Shown here: one piece after another, positions 50,800 through 64,000 of the stretch
How positions within the stretch are numbered: position 1 is the first letter of the stretch
Layout of the letters: every line of letters begins with the position of its first letter
Assembly: GCA_052327205.1 (NCBI GenBank)
Contig: CM126214.1
Coordinates: 930,001-994,000, forward strand
DNA: 64,000 bases
DNA from: Somniosus microcephalus
Taxonomy: Eukaryota
Reading direction: 5' to 3'
Made by a program: the position numbers and the translations under genes
The notes under the pieces: generated by a model
The model's database searches: none
The model's input: only the letters and a program-made list of their open reading frames with translations
What the model was told of the DNA's origin: nothing

Positions 50800-50980
50800 C
50801 ACAAACGTTGCAAACACTCAGCCGGTTGGCGTGCATCTGCGGCAGAACAAACGAGTCGTTTCGGGTAATGGCCCTTCCTCAGCCTGTTGATACATGTTGC
50901 TTCTCTCCACAGATGCTGCCTGACACGCTAAGTGTTTCTAATTTCAGATTCCAGCATCGACAGCATTCTGCTTTTTGTTC
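50800..50980. mobile_element. Old miniature Penelope-derived fold-back element with a hammerhead relic
   Basis: Left arm is a minus terminal repeat containing CUGAGGA-A-GGG(CCAUUA)CCC-GAAA. Right arm is plus: ttctctccacagatgctgcctgac...ccagcatc. Confidence 0.65.
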
Positions 50981-51549
50981 ACTTTATTTGCTGCACAGGA
51001 TTTGCTTTTGAGTTCCATTGACCATCTGCTCTCGTTATACACATTGATGGTGTGTGAAGAAATTGCTTTATACTATTTGCATGTGTTAATGTACCAGGTT
51101 TAGAATTCAACAAGTGCCCAGTCTGCAGCTTTTATCTCCATTAAAAACCTTGTGTTAGATGTGGACTTCCTGCCCACGAACCTTGTTCTTATGGTTTTTG
51201 GCAGTGGGCTTGTGTCAGGTTTGTTCTGGCAATTGTCACGGGGTAGTTGCGGGCTGTTGCTAGTATGTGGGTCTGTGGCACGAGTCTCTCTCCACACTGA
51301 CCACAACTTACTGAGAATTTTAACTGGTGCATGAGAACTGATTGCAAAGTAATGGATGACCGTACAGCAGCCCTGAAGCACAGTGGGGTATTAAACCATG
51401 TTACCTGTCTACACAATCACTGAGCATGGGTTGGCTAAAATTACCTGCCATTAGGTGAGTTTTATGCAGAAAAAGAGGAGAAACCTTGGAGGAGAGCACA
51501 CACGGTGGAGCGCTGAGAGCGGCACGAAGATCGCCAGACTGACCCGCAG

Positions 51550-52055
51550 TTCCACTGGTTGGGGATTCTAGGACTAGGGGCAGAGTCTAAAAATTAGAGC
51601 CAGACCGTTCAGGAGTGAAATTAGGAAACACTTCTACACACAAAGGGTGGTCGAAGTTTGAAACTCTCTTCCATAAACGGCAATTGATGCTGGATCAGTT
51701 GTTAATTTTAAATCTGAGATTGGTAGCTTTTTGTTAACCAAAGGTAATAAGGGATATGGGCCAAAGGCGGGTGGATGGAGTTAGGTCGCAGATGAGCCAT
51801 GATCTCATTGAATGGCAGAACAGGCTCGAGGGGCTGAATGGCCTCCTCCTGTTCCCATGTTCCTTTGTTCCCTCGAGCCCGCTTCGCCATTCAATAAGAT
51901 CATGGCTGATCATCAACCTCAACTCCACTCTCCCGCCCGATCCCCATATCCCTTGATTCCCCCAGAGTCCAAACATTCCATTAGCCTTCTAAATTATTTT
52001 TGTACCTGTCCACCAGCTTTTAGCGATTTCTGCACTTGGACCACTAAATCTCTAA
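51550..52055. mobile_element. Cluster of short CR1 fragments (+ 51550-51870; - 51870-52055)
   Basis: Two CR1 3'UTRs tail to tail, plus an RT scrap. Confidence 0.8.
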
Positions 52056-52151
52056 GATAATCCACAGATTATAATCTAACTTCATCATTGCAACACCCGG
52101 TGAATGACCCACAGTCCCTGTGTCAGTCCGGGATAATGACACATATTGCTC

Positions 52152-53000
52152 ACCCCTCGCCCCCTTCACCCCTCGCCCCTTCACCCCTCGCCCCTTCAAC
52201 CCTCGCCCCTTCAACTATCGCCCCTTCAACTATCGCCCCTTCAACCCTCGCCCTCTTCACCCCCCTTGCCCCCTTCACCCCTCGCCCCTTCACCCCTCGC
52301 CCCTTCAACCATCGCCCCTTCAACCCTCGCCCCTTCAACTATCGCCCCTTCACCCCTCGCCCTCTTCACCCCCCTTGCCCCCTTCACCCCTCGCCCCTTC
52401 AACCATCGCCCCTTCACCCCTCGCCCCTTCAACCATCGCCCCTTCACCCTTCGCCCCCTTCAGCCCTCGCCCCTTCACTCTTCACCCCTCGACATTCACC
52501 CCTCGCCTCAAGCCCCCACTCACTCTGTGCCTCTCTCGCCCGCTCCCTTCCAACCCCATCTCTCAGAGCCCCCCTTTCCCCTCACCCCCCTCTTCTCCCC
52601 TCGACCTCCTCTGCCCTCGCCACCCCTCACAACCCTCTTCCTGAGCCGTCCCTTTGTCCCCCACCCCTCTTGCACTCACCATTCCCCCACCCCTCACCCC
52701 CATTCCCCTACCCCTCACCCTTTCACCCCCATTCCCCTACCCCTCGCCCCTTCACCCCCATTCCCCTACCCCTTCACCCCCTCACCCCCATTCCCCTACC
52801 CCTCACCCCCCATTCCCCTACCCCTCACCCCATTCCCCTACCCCTCGCCCCTTCACCCCCATTCCCCTACCCCTCACCCCTTCACCCTCACCCCCCTTTC
52901 CCCCACCCCTCACCCCCCTTTCCCCCACCCCTCACCCCTTCACCTCCCGCCCCTCTCGCACCCCCCATCCCCTCGCCCCATTCCCCCGCCCCTCGCCCTC
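52152..53000. repeat. C-rich low-complexity / 15-bp repeats abutting a COMP splice donor
   Basis: ccccttcacccctcg and cattcccctacccctcac units. Confidence 0.9.
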
Positions 53001-53002
53001 AC

Positions 53003-53143
53003 CGTTGCAGCGGTAGCGCAGATTTGCCCAGATGATATTTTCCTGTGAGAAGCAGAAGACGCCGAGTCTCCCTCCGCGCATCGTGGTATCAATGATTGTT
53101 CGGGAATCCGCCACGATCACCGGTCCCCGCGTACAGCCGCACC
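53003..53143 (-). CDS. COMP: COMP penultimate exon (141 bp, apparent +1 frameshift near 53118-53128)
   Basis: VRLYAG / [40 protein letters not shown] at 53145-53144 and gtgag donor at 53002. Confidence 0.9.
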
Positions 53144-53384
53144 CTGCAGGAAGAAAACCACAGGCTCAGATGTGGGGGCGGGGAGGGGGTTGGATGGAGG
53201 GGTTGGATGGAGGGGTGAAGGGCGAGGTGCCCAAGAATGTCATCCACTTTCTGCACACCTCCCACCCCAGTGAGAATGATGGGCGGCGACTGGTACAACC
53301 CCGCCCGCCCCCCCCCCCCCCCGCAGGTCGCAGTCTGTGTGGAGGAGGTGATGAGGAAACAGGGTCGGGCTGGGAGTTTCCCCA

Positions 53385-53758
53385 CCTCCGGGGAGACTGC
53401 GACCCCCCTTGAACTCCGGGGACACTTCGACCCCCCTGACCTCCGGGGAGACTGCGACCCCCCCGACCTCCGGGGAGACTGCGACCCCCCCTGAACTCCG
53501 GGGAGACTGCGACCCCCCCCCCCCCGACCCCCGGGGAGACTGCAACCCCCCCTGAACTCCGGGGAGACTGCAACCCCCCCCCGACCTCCAGGGAGACTGC
53601 GACCTCCCCTGACCCCCGGGGAGACTGCGACCCCCCTGACCCCCGGGGAGACTGCGACCCCCCCGACCCCCGTGGAGCCTGCGACCCCCCCTGACCCCCG
53701 TGGAGACTGCGACCCCCCCGGGAAGACCGCAACCCCCCCTGACCCCCGGGGAGACTGT
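53385..53758. repeat. ~27-bp GC-rich intronic minisatellite
   Basis: ccccggggagactgcgacccccctga units. Confidence 0.9.
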
Positions 53759-53764
53759 GCCCAC

Positions 53765-53937
53765 CTGATGTATCCGACCTGTGGCCGGTGCTCAAGGAAC
53801 CAGCGATACGAAGTCTTATCTTTCCACCCAATGTTCTTGGGGTCTTTCCACAGGAGCCGGACCTGATCATTGGTGTCTCCGGTGTGCCAGAGGGCATTCC
53901 GCAGGTGTTCCCCTGGGCCAGTCTGAGATTTCACCGC
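53765..53937 (-). CDS. COMP: COMP exon, TSP C-terminal domain (173 bp)
   Basis: [62 protein letters not shown] bounded. [12 protein letters not shown] is COMP/THBS4-type; adjacency to CRTC1 favours COMP. Confidence 0.93.
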
Positions 53938-54197
53938 CTGTTTACAGCAGAGTGAGATATTCCGTCAGTACAGAAATCTGTTGGGTTTATAGTGAATTAT
54001 CACATTTCCTTTACGTCGATTACAAGTCTGAGGGCTGGGAAACATTGAAACTTTATTAAATGAAGTCAATGATATAGTAACACACAACCCCTTACACACA
54101 GTGCACAGGAGATCAGTATCGATTATAGCTCAGCTGCAAAGGATTCTTCATCCGCAGATCGAAAGCGTGTCGCCTTGACACTGTGCCAACTCTTTAC

Positions 54198-57072
54198 CCA
54201 AGCCACCCCTCTCCCCGAGCCACGCCTCTCCCCGAGCCACGCCTCTCCCCGAGCCACCCCTCTCCCCGAGCCACCCCTCTCCCCGAGCCACCCCTCTCCC
54301 CGAGCCACTCCTCTCCCCGAGCCACCCCTCTCCCCGAGCCACCCCTCTCCCCGAGCCACCCCTCTCCCCGAGTCTCCCCGAGCCACGCCTCTCCCCGAGC
54401 CACCCCTCTCCCCGAGCAACCCCTCTCCCCGAGCCACGCCTCTCCCCGAGCCACCCCTCTCCCCGAGTCTCCCTGAGCCACGCCTCTCCCCAAGCCACCC
54501 CTCTCCCCGAGCCACCCCTCTCCCCGAGTCACGCCTCTCCCCGAGCAACCCCTCTCCCCGAGCCACCCCTCTCCCCGAGTCTCCCCGAGCCACGCCTCTC
54601 CCCGAGCCACGCCTCTCCCCGAGCCACGCCTCTCCCCGAGCCACCCCTCTCCCCGAGCCACCCCTCTCCCCGAGCCACCCCTCTCCCCGAGCAACCCCTC
54701 TCCCCGAGCCACCCCTCTCCCCGAGCCACCCCTCTCCCCGAGCCACCCCTCTCCCCGAGCAACCCCTCTCCCCGAGCCACCCCTCTCCCCGAGCCACCCC
54801 TCTCCCCGAGCCACCCCTCTCCCCGAGCAACCCCTCTCCCCGAGCCACCCCTCTCCCCGAGCCACCCCTCTCCCCGAGCCACCCCTCTCCCCGAGCCACC
54901 CCTCTCCCCGAGCAACCCCTCTCCCCGAGCCACCCCTCTCCCCGAGCCACCCCTCTCCCCGAGCCACCCCTCTCCCCGAGCCACCCCTCTCCCCGAGCCA
55001 CCCCTCTCCCCGAGCCACCCCTCTCCCCGAGCCACCCCTCTCCCCGAGCAACCCCTCTCCCCGAGCCACCCCTCTCCCCGAGCCACCCCTCTCCCCGAGC
55101 CACCCCTCTCCCCGAGCCACCCCTCTCCCCGAGCCACCCCTCTCCCCGAGTCTCCCCGAGCCACGCCTCTCCCCGAGCCACCCCTCTCCCCGAGCCACCC
55201 CTCTCCCCGAGCCACCCCTCTCCCCGAGCCACCCCTCTCCCCGAGCCACTCCTCTCCCCGAGCCACCCCTCTCCCCGAGCCACGTCTATCCCCGAGCCAC
55301 CCCTCTCCCCGAGCCACTCCTCTCCCCGAGCCACGTCGATCCCCGAGCCACCCCTCTCCCCGAGCCACTCCTCTCCCCGAGCCACGCCTCTCCCCGAGCC
55401 ACTCCTCTCCCCGAGCCACGCCTCTCCCCGAGCCACTCCTCTCCCCGAGCCACCCCTCTCCCCGAGCCACCCCTCTCCCCGAGCCACCCCTCTCCCCGAG
55501 CCACTCCTCTCCCCGAGCCACGCCTCTCCCCGAGCCACCCCTCTCCCCGAGCCACCCCTCTCCCCGAGCCACCCCTCTCCCCGAGCCACCCCTCTCCCCG
55601 AGCCACCCCTCTCCCCGAGCCACGCCTCTCCCCGAGCCACTCCTCTCCCCGAGCCACGCCTCTCCCCGAGCCACCCCTCTCCCCGAGCCACCCCTCTCCC
55701 CGAGTCACGCCTCTTCCCGAGCCACCCCTCTCCCCGAGCCACCCCTCTCCCCGAGCCACCCCTCTCCCCGAGCCACGCCTCTCCCCGAGCCACCCCTCTC
55801 CCCGAGCCACCCCTCTCCCCGAGCCACCCCTCTCCCCGAGTCACGCCTCTTCCCGAGCCACCCCTCTCCCCGAGCCACCCCTCTCCCCGAGCCACCCCTC
55901 TCCCCGAGTCACGCCTCTTCCCGAGCCACCCCTCTCCCCGAGCCACCCCTCTCCCCGAGCCACGCCTCTCCCCGAGCCACCCCTCTCCCCGAGCCACCCC
56001 TCTCCCCGAGCCACCCCTCTCCCCGAGCCACTCCTCTCCCCGAGCCACGCCTCTCCCCGAGCCACCCCTCTCCCCGAGCCACCCCTCTTCCCGAGCCACT
56101 CCTCTCCCCGAGCCACCCCTCTCCCCGAGCCACGCCTCTCCCCGAGCCACCCCTCTCCCCGAGCCACCCCTCTCCCCGAGCCACGTCTATCCCCGAGCCA
56201 CCCCTCTCCCCGAGCCACCCCTCTCCCCGAGTCACGCCTCTTCCCGAGCCACCCCTCTCCCCGAGCCACCCCTCTCCCCGAGCCACCCCTCTCCCCGAGC
56301 CACGCCTCTCCCCGAGCCACCCCTCTCCCCGAGCCACCCCTCTCCCCGAGCCACCCCTCTCCCCGAGCCACGCCTCTCCCCGAGCCACCCCTCTCCCCGA
56401 GCCACGCCTCTCCCCGAGCCACCCCTCTCCCCGAGCCACCCCTCTCCCAGAGTCTCCCCGAGCCACGCCTCTCCCCGAGCCACTCCTCTCCCCGAGCCAC
56501 CCCTCTCCCCGAGCCACCCCTCTCCCCGAGCCACGCCTCTCCCCGAGCCACCCCTCTCCCCGAGCCACCCCTCTCCCCGAGCCACCCCTCTCCCCGAGCC
56601 ACGCCTCTCCCCGAGCCACCCCTCTCCCCGAGCCACGCCTCTCCCCGAGCCACCCCTCTCCCCGAGCCACCCCTCTCCCCGAGCCACGCCTCTCCCCGAG
56701 CCACGCCTCTCCCCGAGCCACCCCTCTCCCCGAGCCACGCCTCTCCCCGAGCCACCCCTCTCCCCGAGCCACGTCTATCCCCGAGCCACCCCTCTCCCCG
56801 AGCCACCCCTCTCCCCGAGCCACGCCTCTCCCCGAGCCACTCCTCTCCCCGAGCCACGCCTCTCCCCGAGCCACGCCTCTCCCCGAGCCACGCCTCTCCC
56901 CGAGCCACTCCTCTCCCCGAGCCACCCCTCTCCCCGAGCCACGCCTCTCCCCGAGCCACGCCTCTCCCCGAGCCACGCCTCTCCCCGAGCCACCCCTCTC
57001 CCCGAGCCACGTCTATCCCCGAGCCACGCCTCTCCCCGAGCCACCCCTCTCCCCGAGCCACCCCTCTCCCGG
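54198..57072. repeat. 17-bp satellite, about 170 copies (G-rich on the COMP sense strand)
   Basis: gagccac(c/g/t)cctctcccc. Confidence 0.98.
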
Positions 57073-57417
57073 TGCCTCCCGCCCAGCAAGACTAGATCAC
57101 AAGGAGCTCCAGTGTGTTTCTTTTATATGTTTAATGACGTCCTCCTAACAGAATGCCATTACGTTACCATGTTCTAACGGTGTCTGGTTAATCTCTCTTT
57201 GAGTTTGCGCAATAACATCTGTCTACTCACGAGTGAGACACCGTGGCGATCAGTTATGACCTTCCCATAACAAGCCTGTTCATCCCACATCACTCCTGAC
57301 AGTCACTCGACTCGTTTATGATATACCTACTATATTTCTTCATCTCTTCTCATGGACGGTTAGTGAGATAATGACTCCACTGCCCCAGGCCTGACCTGTC
57401 TAGCCATTACAGAACGA

Positions 57418-58900
57418 GTAACATAGAAACATAGAAGATCGGAGGCCCCTCGAGCCTGTTCCGCCATTCAATGAGATCATGGCTGATCATCCAAATTCAG
57501 TACCCTGTCCCTGCTTTCTCCCCATATCCCTTGATCCCTTTAGCCTTAAGAAATATATCCAACTCCTTCTTGAATATATTTAATGAATTGGCCTCAACTG
57601 CCTTGTGTGGTAGAGAATTCCACAGGTTCACCACTCTCTGGGTGAAGAAATTCCTCCTCATCTCAGTCCTAAATGGCTTACCCCTTATCCTTAGACTGTG
57701 AACCCTGGTTCTGGACTCTCCCGCCATCGGGAACATCCTTCCTGTATCTAGTCTGTCTAGTCCTGTTAGAATTTTATAAGTTTCAATGAGATCCCCTCTC
57801 ATTCTTCTAAACTCTGGAGAATATAAGCTTAATCGACCAATCTCTCCTCATACGTCATTCCTGCCATCCCAGGTATCAGTCTGGTGAATCTTCGCTGCAC
57901 TCCCTCCGTGGCAAGAACATCCTTCCTCAGATAAGGCGACCAAAACTGCACACAATACTCAAAGTGTGGTCTCACCAAGGCCCTGTACAACTGCAGCAAG
58001 ACATCCTTGTTCCTGTACTCGAATCCTCTCGCTATAAAGGCCAACATACCAGTTACCTTCTTTACCGCCTGCTGCACCTGCATGCTTACCTTCAGCGACT
58101 GGTGCACAAGGACACCCAGGTCTCGTTGCACTTCCCCTTTTCCCAATCTATTGCCATTCAGATAATAATCTGTCTTCCTGTTTTTGCCACCGAAGTGGAT
58201 AACCTCGCATTTATCCACATTATACTGCATTTGCCATGCATCTGCCCAATCACCCAACCTGTCCAAATCGTACTGGAGTTTCTCGGCATCCTCCTCACAG
58301 CACACACGCCCACCCAGCTTTGTGTCGTCTGCAAACTTGGAGATATTACATCTAGTTCCCTCGTCTAAATCATTTATATATATTGTGAATAGCTGAGGTC
58401 CTAGCACCGATCCCTGCCGTACCCCACTAGTCACTGCCTTCCACTCGGAAAAAGACCCGTTTATTCCAACTCTTTGCTTCCTGTCTGCCAACTAGTTCTC
58501 TATCCAAGTCAGAACCTTACCCCCAATCCCGTATGCTTTAACTTTGCACGCCAATCTCTTATGCGAGACCTTATCGAAAGCCTTCTGAAAGTCCAAATAC
58601 ACCACATCCACTGGTTCTCCCTTATCTATTCTACCAGTTACATCCTCAAAAAATTCCAGTAGATTAGTCAAGCATGATTTACCTTTTGTAAATCCATGCT
58701 GACTTTGTCCGATCCTGTCATTGTTTTCCAAGTGCTCTGCTATTACATCTTTTATAATGGACGCTAACATTTTCCCCACTACCGATGTCAGGCTTACCAG
58801 TCTATAATTCCCCGTTTTCTCTCTACCACCTTTTTTGAATAGTGGGGTTAAATTAGCTACCCTCCAATCCACGGGAACTGTTCCAGATTCTATAGAATTT
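57418..58900 (-). mobile_element. CR1 LINE, 5'-truncated, with stops and frameshifts
   Basis: ORFs 57497..57802, 57829..58491 and 58492..58872. Confidence 0.95.
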
Positions 58901-59054
58901 GGGGTATTAATATATTGGATCTATATTTTCAAAGCTTTCTATGGATAGTCTACCTGATACACTCACAGCCATCCCCATTGCCTACTTCATCAGCTGACAA
59001 CTAAAACAGACGTCATATTCCCGGCAAACTCACACTGTGCGTAAAAACGAAACC

Positions 59055-59664
<610 letters not shown>

Positions 59665-59895
59665 TCAGAATAAAGATTCAACAATGTGGGGGGTCACAGC
59701 CACTCACTCTCAGTAACTGAGAGTCGGGGGAAGGGTCAGGGGGGAAGGGTCAAGGGAAAGGGTCAGGGTGAAAAGTCAGGCCATGCATCGTCTCTGTTCT
59801 CGACACCACAGCTGTAAAGTGGAGGAGGAACAATGTCTGAGGGAGAAGCCAGTACACCCGAGATCTATGGAGGCCTGGCAGCAACTCCTTCATCA

Positions 59896-60873
59896 CACAG
59901 CACGGGTTAGATACAGAGTAAAACTCCCTCTACACTGTCCCATCAAACACTCCCAGGGCAGGTACAGCACGGGTTAGATACAGAGTAAAGCTCCCTCTAC
60001 ACTGTCCCATCAACACTCCCAGGGCAGGTACAGCACGGGTTAGATACAGAGTAAAGCTCCCTCGACACTGTCCCATCAAACACTCCCAGGGTAGCTACAG
60101 CACAGGTTAGATACAGAGTAAAGCTCCCTCGACACTGTCCCATCAAACACTCCCAGGGTAGCTACAGCACAGGTTAGATACAGAGTAAAGCTCCCTCGAC
60201 ACTGTCCCATCAAACACTCCCAGGGCAGGTACATCACGGGTTAGATACAGAGTAAAGCTCCCTCTACACTGTCCCATCAAACACTCCCAGGGCAGGTACA
60301 GCACGGGTTAGATACAGAGTAAAGCTCCCTCTACACTGTCCCATCAAACACTCCCAGGGCACGTACAGCATGGGTTAGATACAGAGTAAAGCTCCCTCTA
60401 CACTGTCCCCATCAAACACTCCCGGGGCAGGTACAGCACGGGTTAGATACAGAGTAAAGCTCCCTCTACACTGTCCCATCAAACACTCCCGGGGCAGGTA
60501 CGGCACGGGTTAGATACAGAGTAAAGCTCCCTCTACACTGTCCCATCAAACACTCCCAGGGCAGGTACAGCACGGGTTAGATACAGAGTAAAGCTCCTTC
60601 TACACTGTCCCATCAAACACTCCCAGGGCAGGTACAGCACGGGGTTAGATACAGAGTAAAGCTCCCTCTACACTGTCCCATCAAACACTCCCGGGGCAGG
60701 TACGGCACGGGTTACATACAGAGTAAAGCTCCCTCTACACTGTCCCATCAAACACTCCCAGGGCAGGTACAGCACGGGTTAGATACAGAGTAATTCTCCC
60801 TCTACACTGTCCCATCAAACACTCCCGGGGCAGGTACGGCACGGGTTACATACAGAGTAATTCTCCCTCTACT
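59896..60873 (-). repeat. 67-bp tandem repeat, about 14.5 copies, same family as 150-1748
   Basis: Reverse complement of the unit at 150. Confidence 0.97.
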
Positions 60874-61049
60874 TTTGTTCGTTTCACATTTACTGTTATT
60901 GTTTAAAATCTAAATTTCCCAGCTTTAAGCAGGGCTATACAGAGATATACAAGGCCTACAATTCAGAGCAGCTGAAGGCAGTTAATTAGGGAAACTAGAT
61001 GAAACTGGTTTTCCTGTAGCAGGGCTCAGCCAGCTCCTTTGTTTCAGGG

Positions 61050-64000
61050 CCTATAAAAACAGGCATCACAGTGTGGTTTGAACAGAGTGCTGTGAGTGAG
61101 GGAGTTAGTTGAGGAGTGAAAGGAGGAGCGAAAGGAGGAGCTCCCTTGCTTCACCTTTGCTTTTCCTAACTTTTCACCCTGTAGGAATTGGTTCTTACTT
61201 TACACCAAGGAAAGAGTCCAAGAACAGAACTAGGAAGGTAGTGCAGGAGTCCCCTGGGTCCATCTCCCTCTCCAACAGATTTTCCGTTTTGGATACTGCT
61301 GGGGGAGATGGTTTCTCAGGGGAATGCAGCAAGAGCCAAGTCCGTGGCACTACGAGTGGCTCAGCTGCACAGGACGGGGGGGGAAACAGCAGGAGAGCAA
61401 TAGTGATAGGGGATTCTATCGTAAGGGGAACATTTAGACGTTTCTGTGGCCGCAGACGTGACTCCAGGATGGTATGTTGCCTCCCTGGTGCCAGGGTCAA
61501 GGATGTCACTGAGCGGCTGCAGGACATTGAGGGGGGAGGGTGAACAGCCAGAGGTCGTGGTCCATATCGGTACCAACAACATAGGTAGAAAAAGGGATGA
61601 GGTCCTGCACGCAGTATATAGGGAGCTAGGAAATAAATTAAAAAGCAGGACCTCAAAGGTAGTAATCTCAGGATTACTCCCAGTGCCACGTGCTAGCGAG
61701 AGCAGAAATAGGAGAATAGACCAGATGAATGCGTGGCTGGAGAGATGGCGTAGGAGGGAGGGATTTAAATTCCTGAGGCACTGGGACCGATTCTGGGGAA
61801 GGTGGGACCTGTACAAGCTGGACGGATTACACCTTGGCAGAACTGGGATCAATATTCTCGCAGGGGGGTTTGCTAGTGCTGTTGGGAAGGATTTAAACTA
61901 GTTTGTCAGGGGGCTGGGAACCTAAGTCCAGAAACAAAGCTGGAAGTGCAAGTTAGAAAAGGAGTCAGCAAAACTAGTCGGGAGCAGAAACAAAGGCCAA
62001 CAGTAAAGAGGGGCAAAGTGCAAAAAATATTAAACAGGCAAAGTTGAAGGCACTTTAGCTAAATGTACGTAGCATTCGCAACAAGGTGATGAATTAATGG
62101 CACTAATAGAAGTAAATGGGTATGATGTACAGAGACATGGTTGCAGGGTAACCAAAGCTGGGAACTGAATGTTCCAGGGTACTCAACATTTAGGAAGAAC
62201 AGACAAAAAGGAAAAGGAGGTGGCGTAGCGCTGTTAATAAGGGATGAGATCGGTACGGTAGAGATAAAAGATCTTGGCTCGGCAGATCAGATGTAGAACT
62301 GGAATCAGTTTGGGTGGAGCTAAGAAACAGCAAAGGATGTAAAACATTGGTGGGAGTTGTGTATAGGCCACCAAACAGTAGTGGTAATGTAGGGCACAGT
62401 ATCAATCAAGAAATTAGAAGTGCATGTAACAAGGGCAATACGGTAATCATGGGGGACTTTAATCTACATATTGACTGGGCAAATCAAATTACCACTAATG
62501 GTGTGGAGGACAAATTCTTGGAATGCATGCGAGATGGTTTCCTGGATCAGTATGTGGAGGAACCAACCAGGGAACAGGCTATTCTGGAGCTGGTACTGTG
62601 TAATGAGAAAGGGCTAATCAATAATCTTGTGGTAAAGAGGCCTTTAGGGACAAGTGACCATAATATGATTGAATTTTACATTAAGTTTGAGAGTGATGTA
62701 ATCCAATCTGAAACTAAGGTCTTTAATCTAAACAGAGGAAACTACAAGGGTATGAGGGACAAGTTGGCCATGGTAGATTGGGAGACTACACTAAAAGATA
62801 TTAAGGGTGACATACAATGGCTAACATTCAAGGAAGTTATGCATAATTTGCAACAAACATATATTTCTCTAGGGCATAGAAACCCAAAAGGAAAAGCGAT
62901 CCAACCATGGCTAACAAAAGAAATTAAAGCTAGTATTAAGTCAAAGGAGGAAGCTTATAAAGTTGCCAGAAAAAGCGGTCAGCCTGAGGATTGGGATCTT
63001 TTTAGAAATCAGCAAAGGGGGACCAAGAAATTGATAAAGAAAGGGAAAATGGAATATGAGCACAAACTAGCAAAAAATATAAAAACGGATTGTAAAAGCT
63101 TCTATAGGTATGTGAAAAGAAAAAGACTGGCGAAGGTAAATGTAGGTCCTTTACAGTCAGAGATGGGAGAATTTATAATGGGGAATGAGGAAATGGCAGA
63201 GAAATTAAATAAATACTTTGTTTCTGTCTTCACGGAGGAAGACACAAAAAACCTCCCAGAAATACGAGAAAACCAATGGTGTGGTGAGAATGAGGAACTT
63301 AAAAAAATTATTATTAGTAAATAAACAGTACTAGCAAAATTAATGGGACTAAAAGTCGATAAATCCCAAGGACCGGATGACCTACATCCTAGGGTTTTGA
63401 AAGAGGTGGCCATTGGGATAGTGGACGCATTGGTTGTCATCTTCCAAAATTCTATAGATTCTGGAACGGTTCCTGCAGATTGGAGGATAGCAAATGTAAC
63501 CCCGCTATTTAAGAAAGGAGGGAGAGAGAAAACGGGGAACTACAGAACTGTTAGCCTCACATCAATAGTTGGGAAAATGCTGGAATCTATTATAAAGGAT
63601 GCAATAACTGGGCACTTAGAAACTAATAGTAAGATTGGGCAAAGTCAACATGGATTTATGAAAGGGAAATCCTGTTTAACAAACCTATTGGAGTTCTTTG
63701 AGGATGTAACTAGTGGAGTAGACAAAGCGGAACCGGTAGATGTGGTGTATTTGGATTTTCTGAAGGCCTTCGATAAGATCCCACACAAGAGGTTGGTGAA
63801 CAAAATGGAATTGGAGGTAATATACTAGCATGGACTGAGAATTGGTTAACAGACAGAAAACAAAGAGTAGGGATAAACGGGTCTTTTTCAGGATGGCAGG
63901 CTGTGACTAGTGGGGTACCGCAAGGATCGGTGCTTGGGCCCCAGCTATTCACAATCTATATCAATAATTTGGATGAGGGGACTAAATGTAACATTTCCAA
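61050..64000 (+). mobile_element. Long CR1 LINE (partial ORF1 esterase, ORF2 APE and RT), decayed, runs off the window
   Basis: VIGDSIVRG, VVVHIGTN, DGLHL (SGNH-type); YRPPN, GDFN, SDHN; YLDFLKAFD. Confidence 0.95.

Noticed and set aside
50547-51557. Complete Charlie element ending at ccactg (51557)
   Set aside because: That ccactg belongs to the adjacent CR1 fragment, and there is no 8-bp TSD.
52088-53048. Proline-rich extensin-like ORFs (also 3442-4013 and 46762-47389)
   Set aside because: Low-complexity C/G-rich repeats.
53089-53934. 281-aa ORF as a single coding unit
   Set aside because: A COMP exon read through a minisatellite intron; splice sites define the real exons.
54175-57177. 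1000-aa Pro/Ser-rich ORF and Gly/Arg-rich antisense ORFs
   Set aside because: Translations of a stop-free 17-bp satellite inside a COMP intron, open in several frames.

Overview
Repeat-dense vertebrate genomic DNA, most likely from a cartilaginous fish (inferred from the CR1, Deu-SINE and Penelope families). It holds the 3' ends of two convergent genes. The last coding exon of CRTC1 is on + (3938-4149). The last four exons of a COMP/thrombospondin-5-type gene are on - (59642-59446, 53937-53765, 53143-53003, 49078-49029); the penultimate exon has one extra base. The rest is about 15 tandem arrays (including an 11.5-kb 31-mer array just after the CRTC1 stop), many CR1 LINE fragments, two inverted L2/Crack-like LINE copies, an RTE LINE, an internally deleted hAT, a Tigger-type MITE, a solo LTR, Deu-SINE remnants and a young Penelope-like element with inverted terminal repeats. 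Highlights: (1) five minimal hammerhead-ribozyme motifs, in the Penelope element and three miniature derivatives; (2) a possibly giant, satellite-containing CRTC1 3'UTR; (3) a CpG-rich palindromic array in the COMP 3'UTR; (4) the COMP frameshift. All calls were made by eye with no database search. I found nothing I can show to be a wholly new system.
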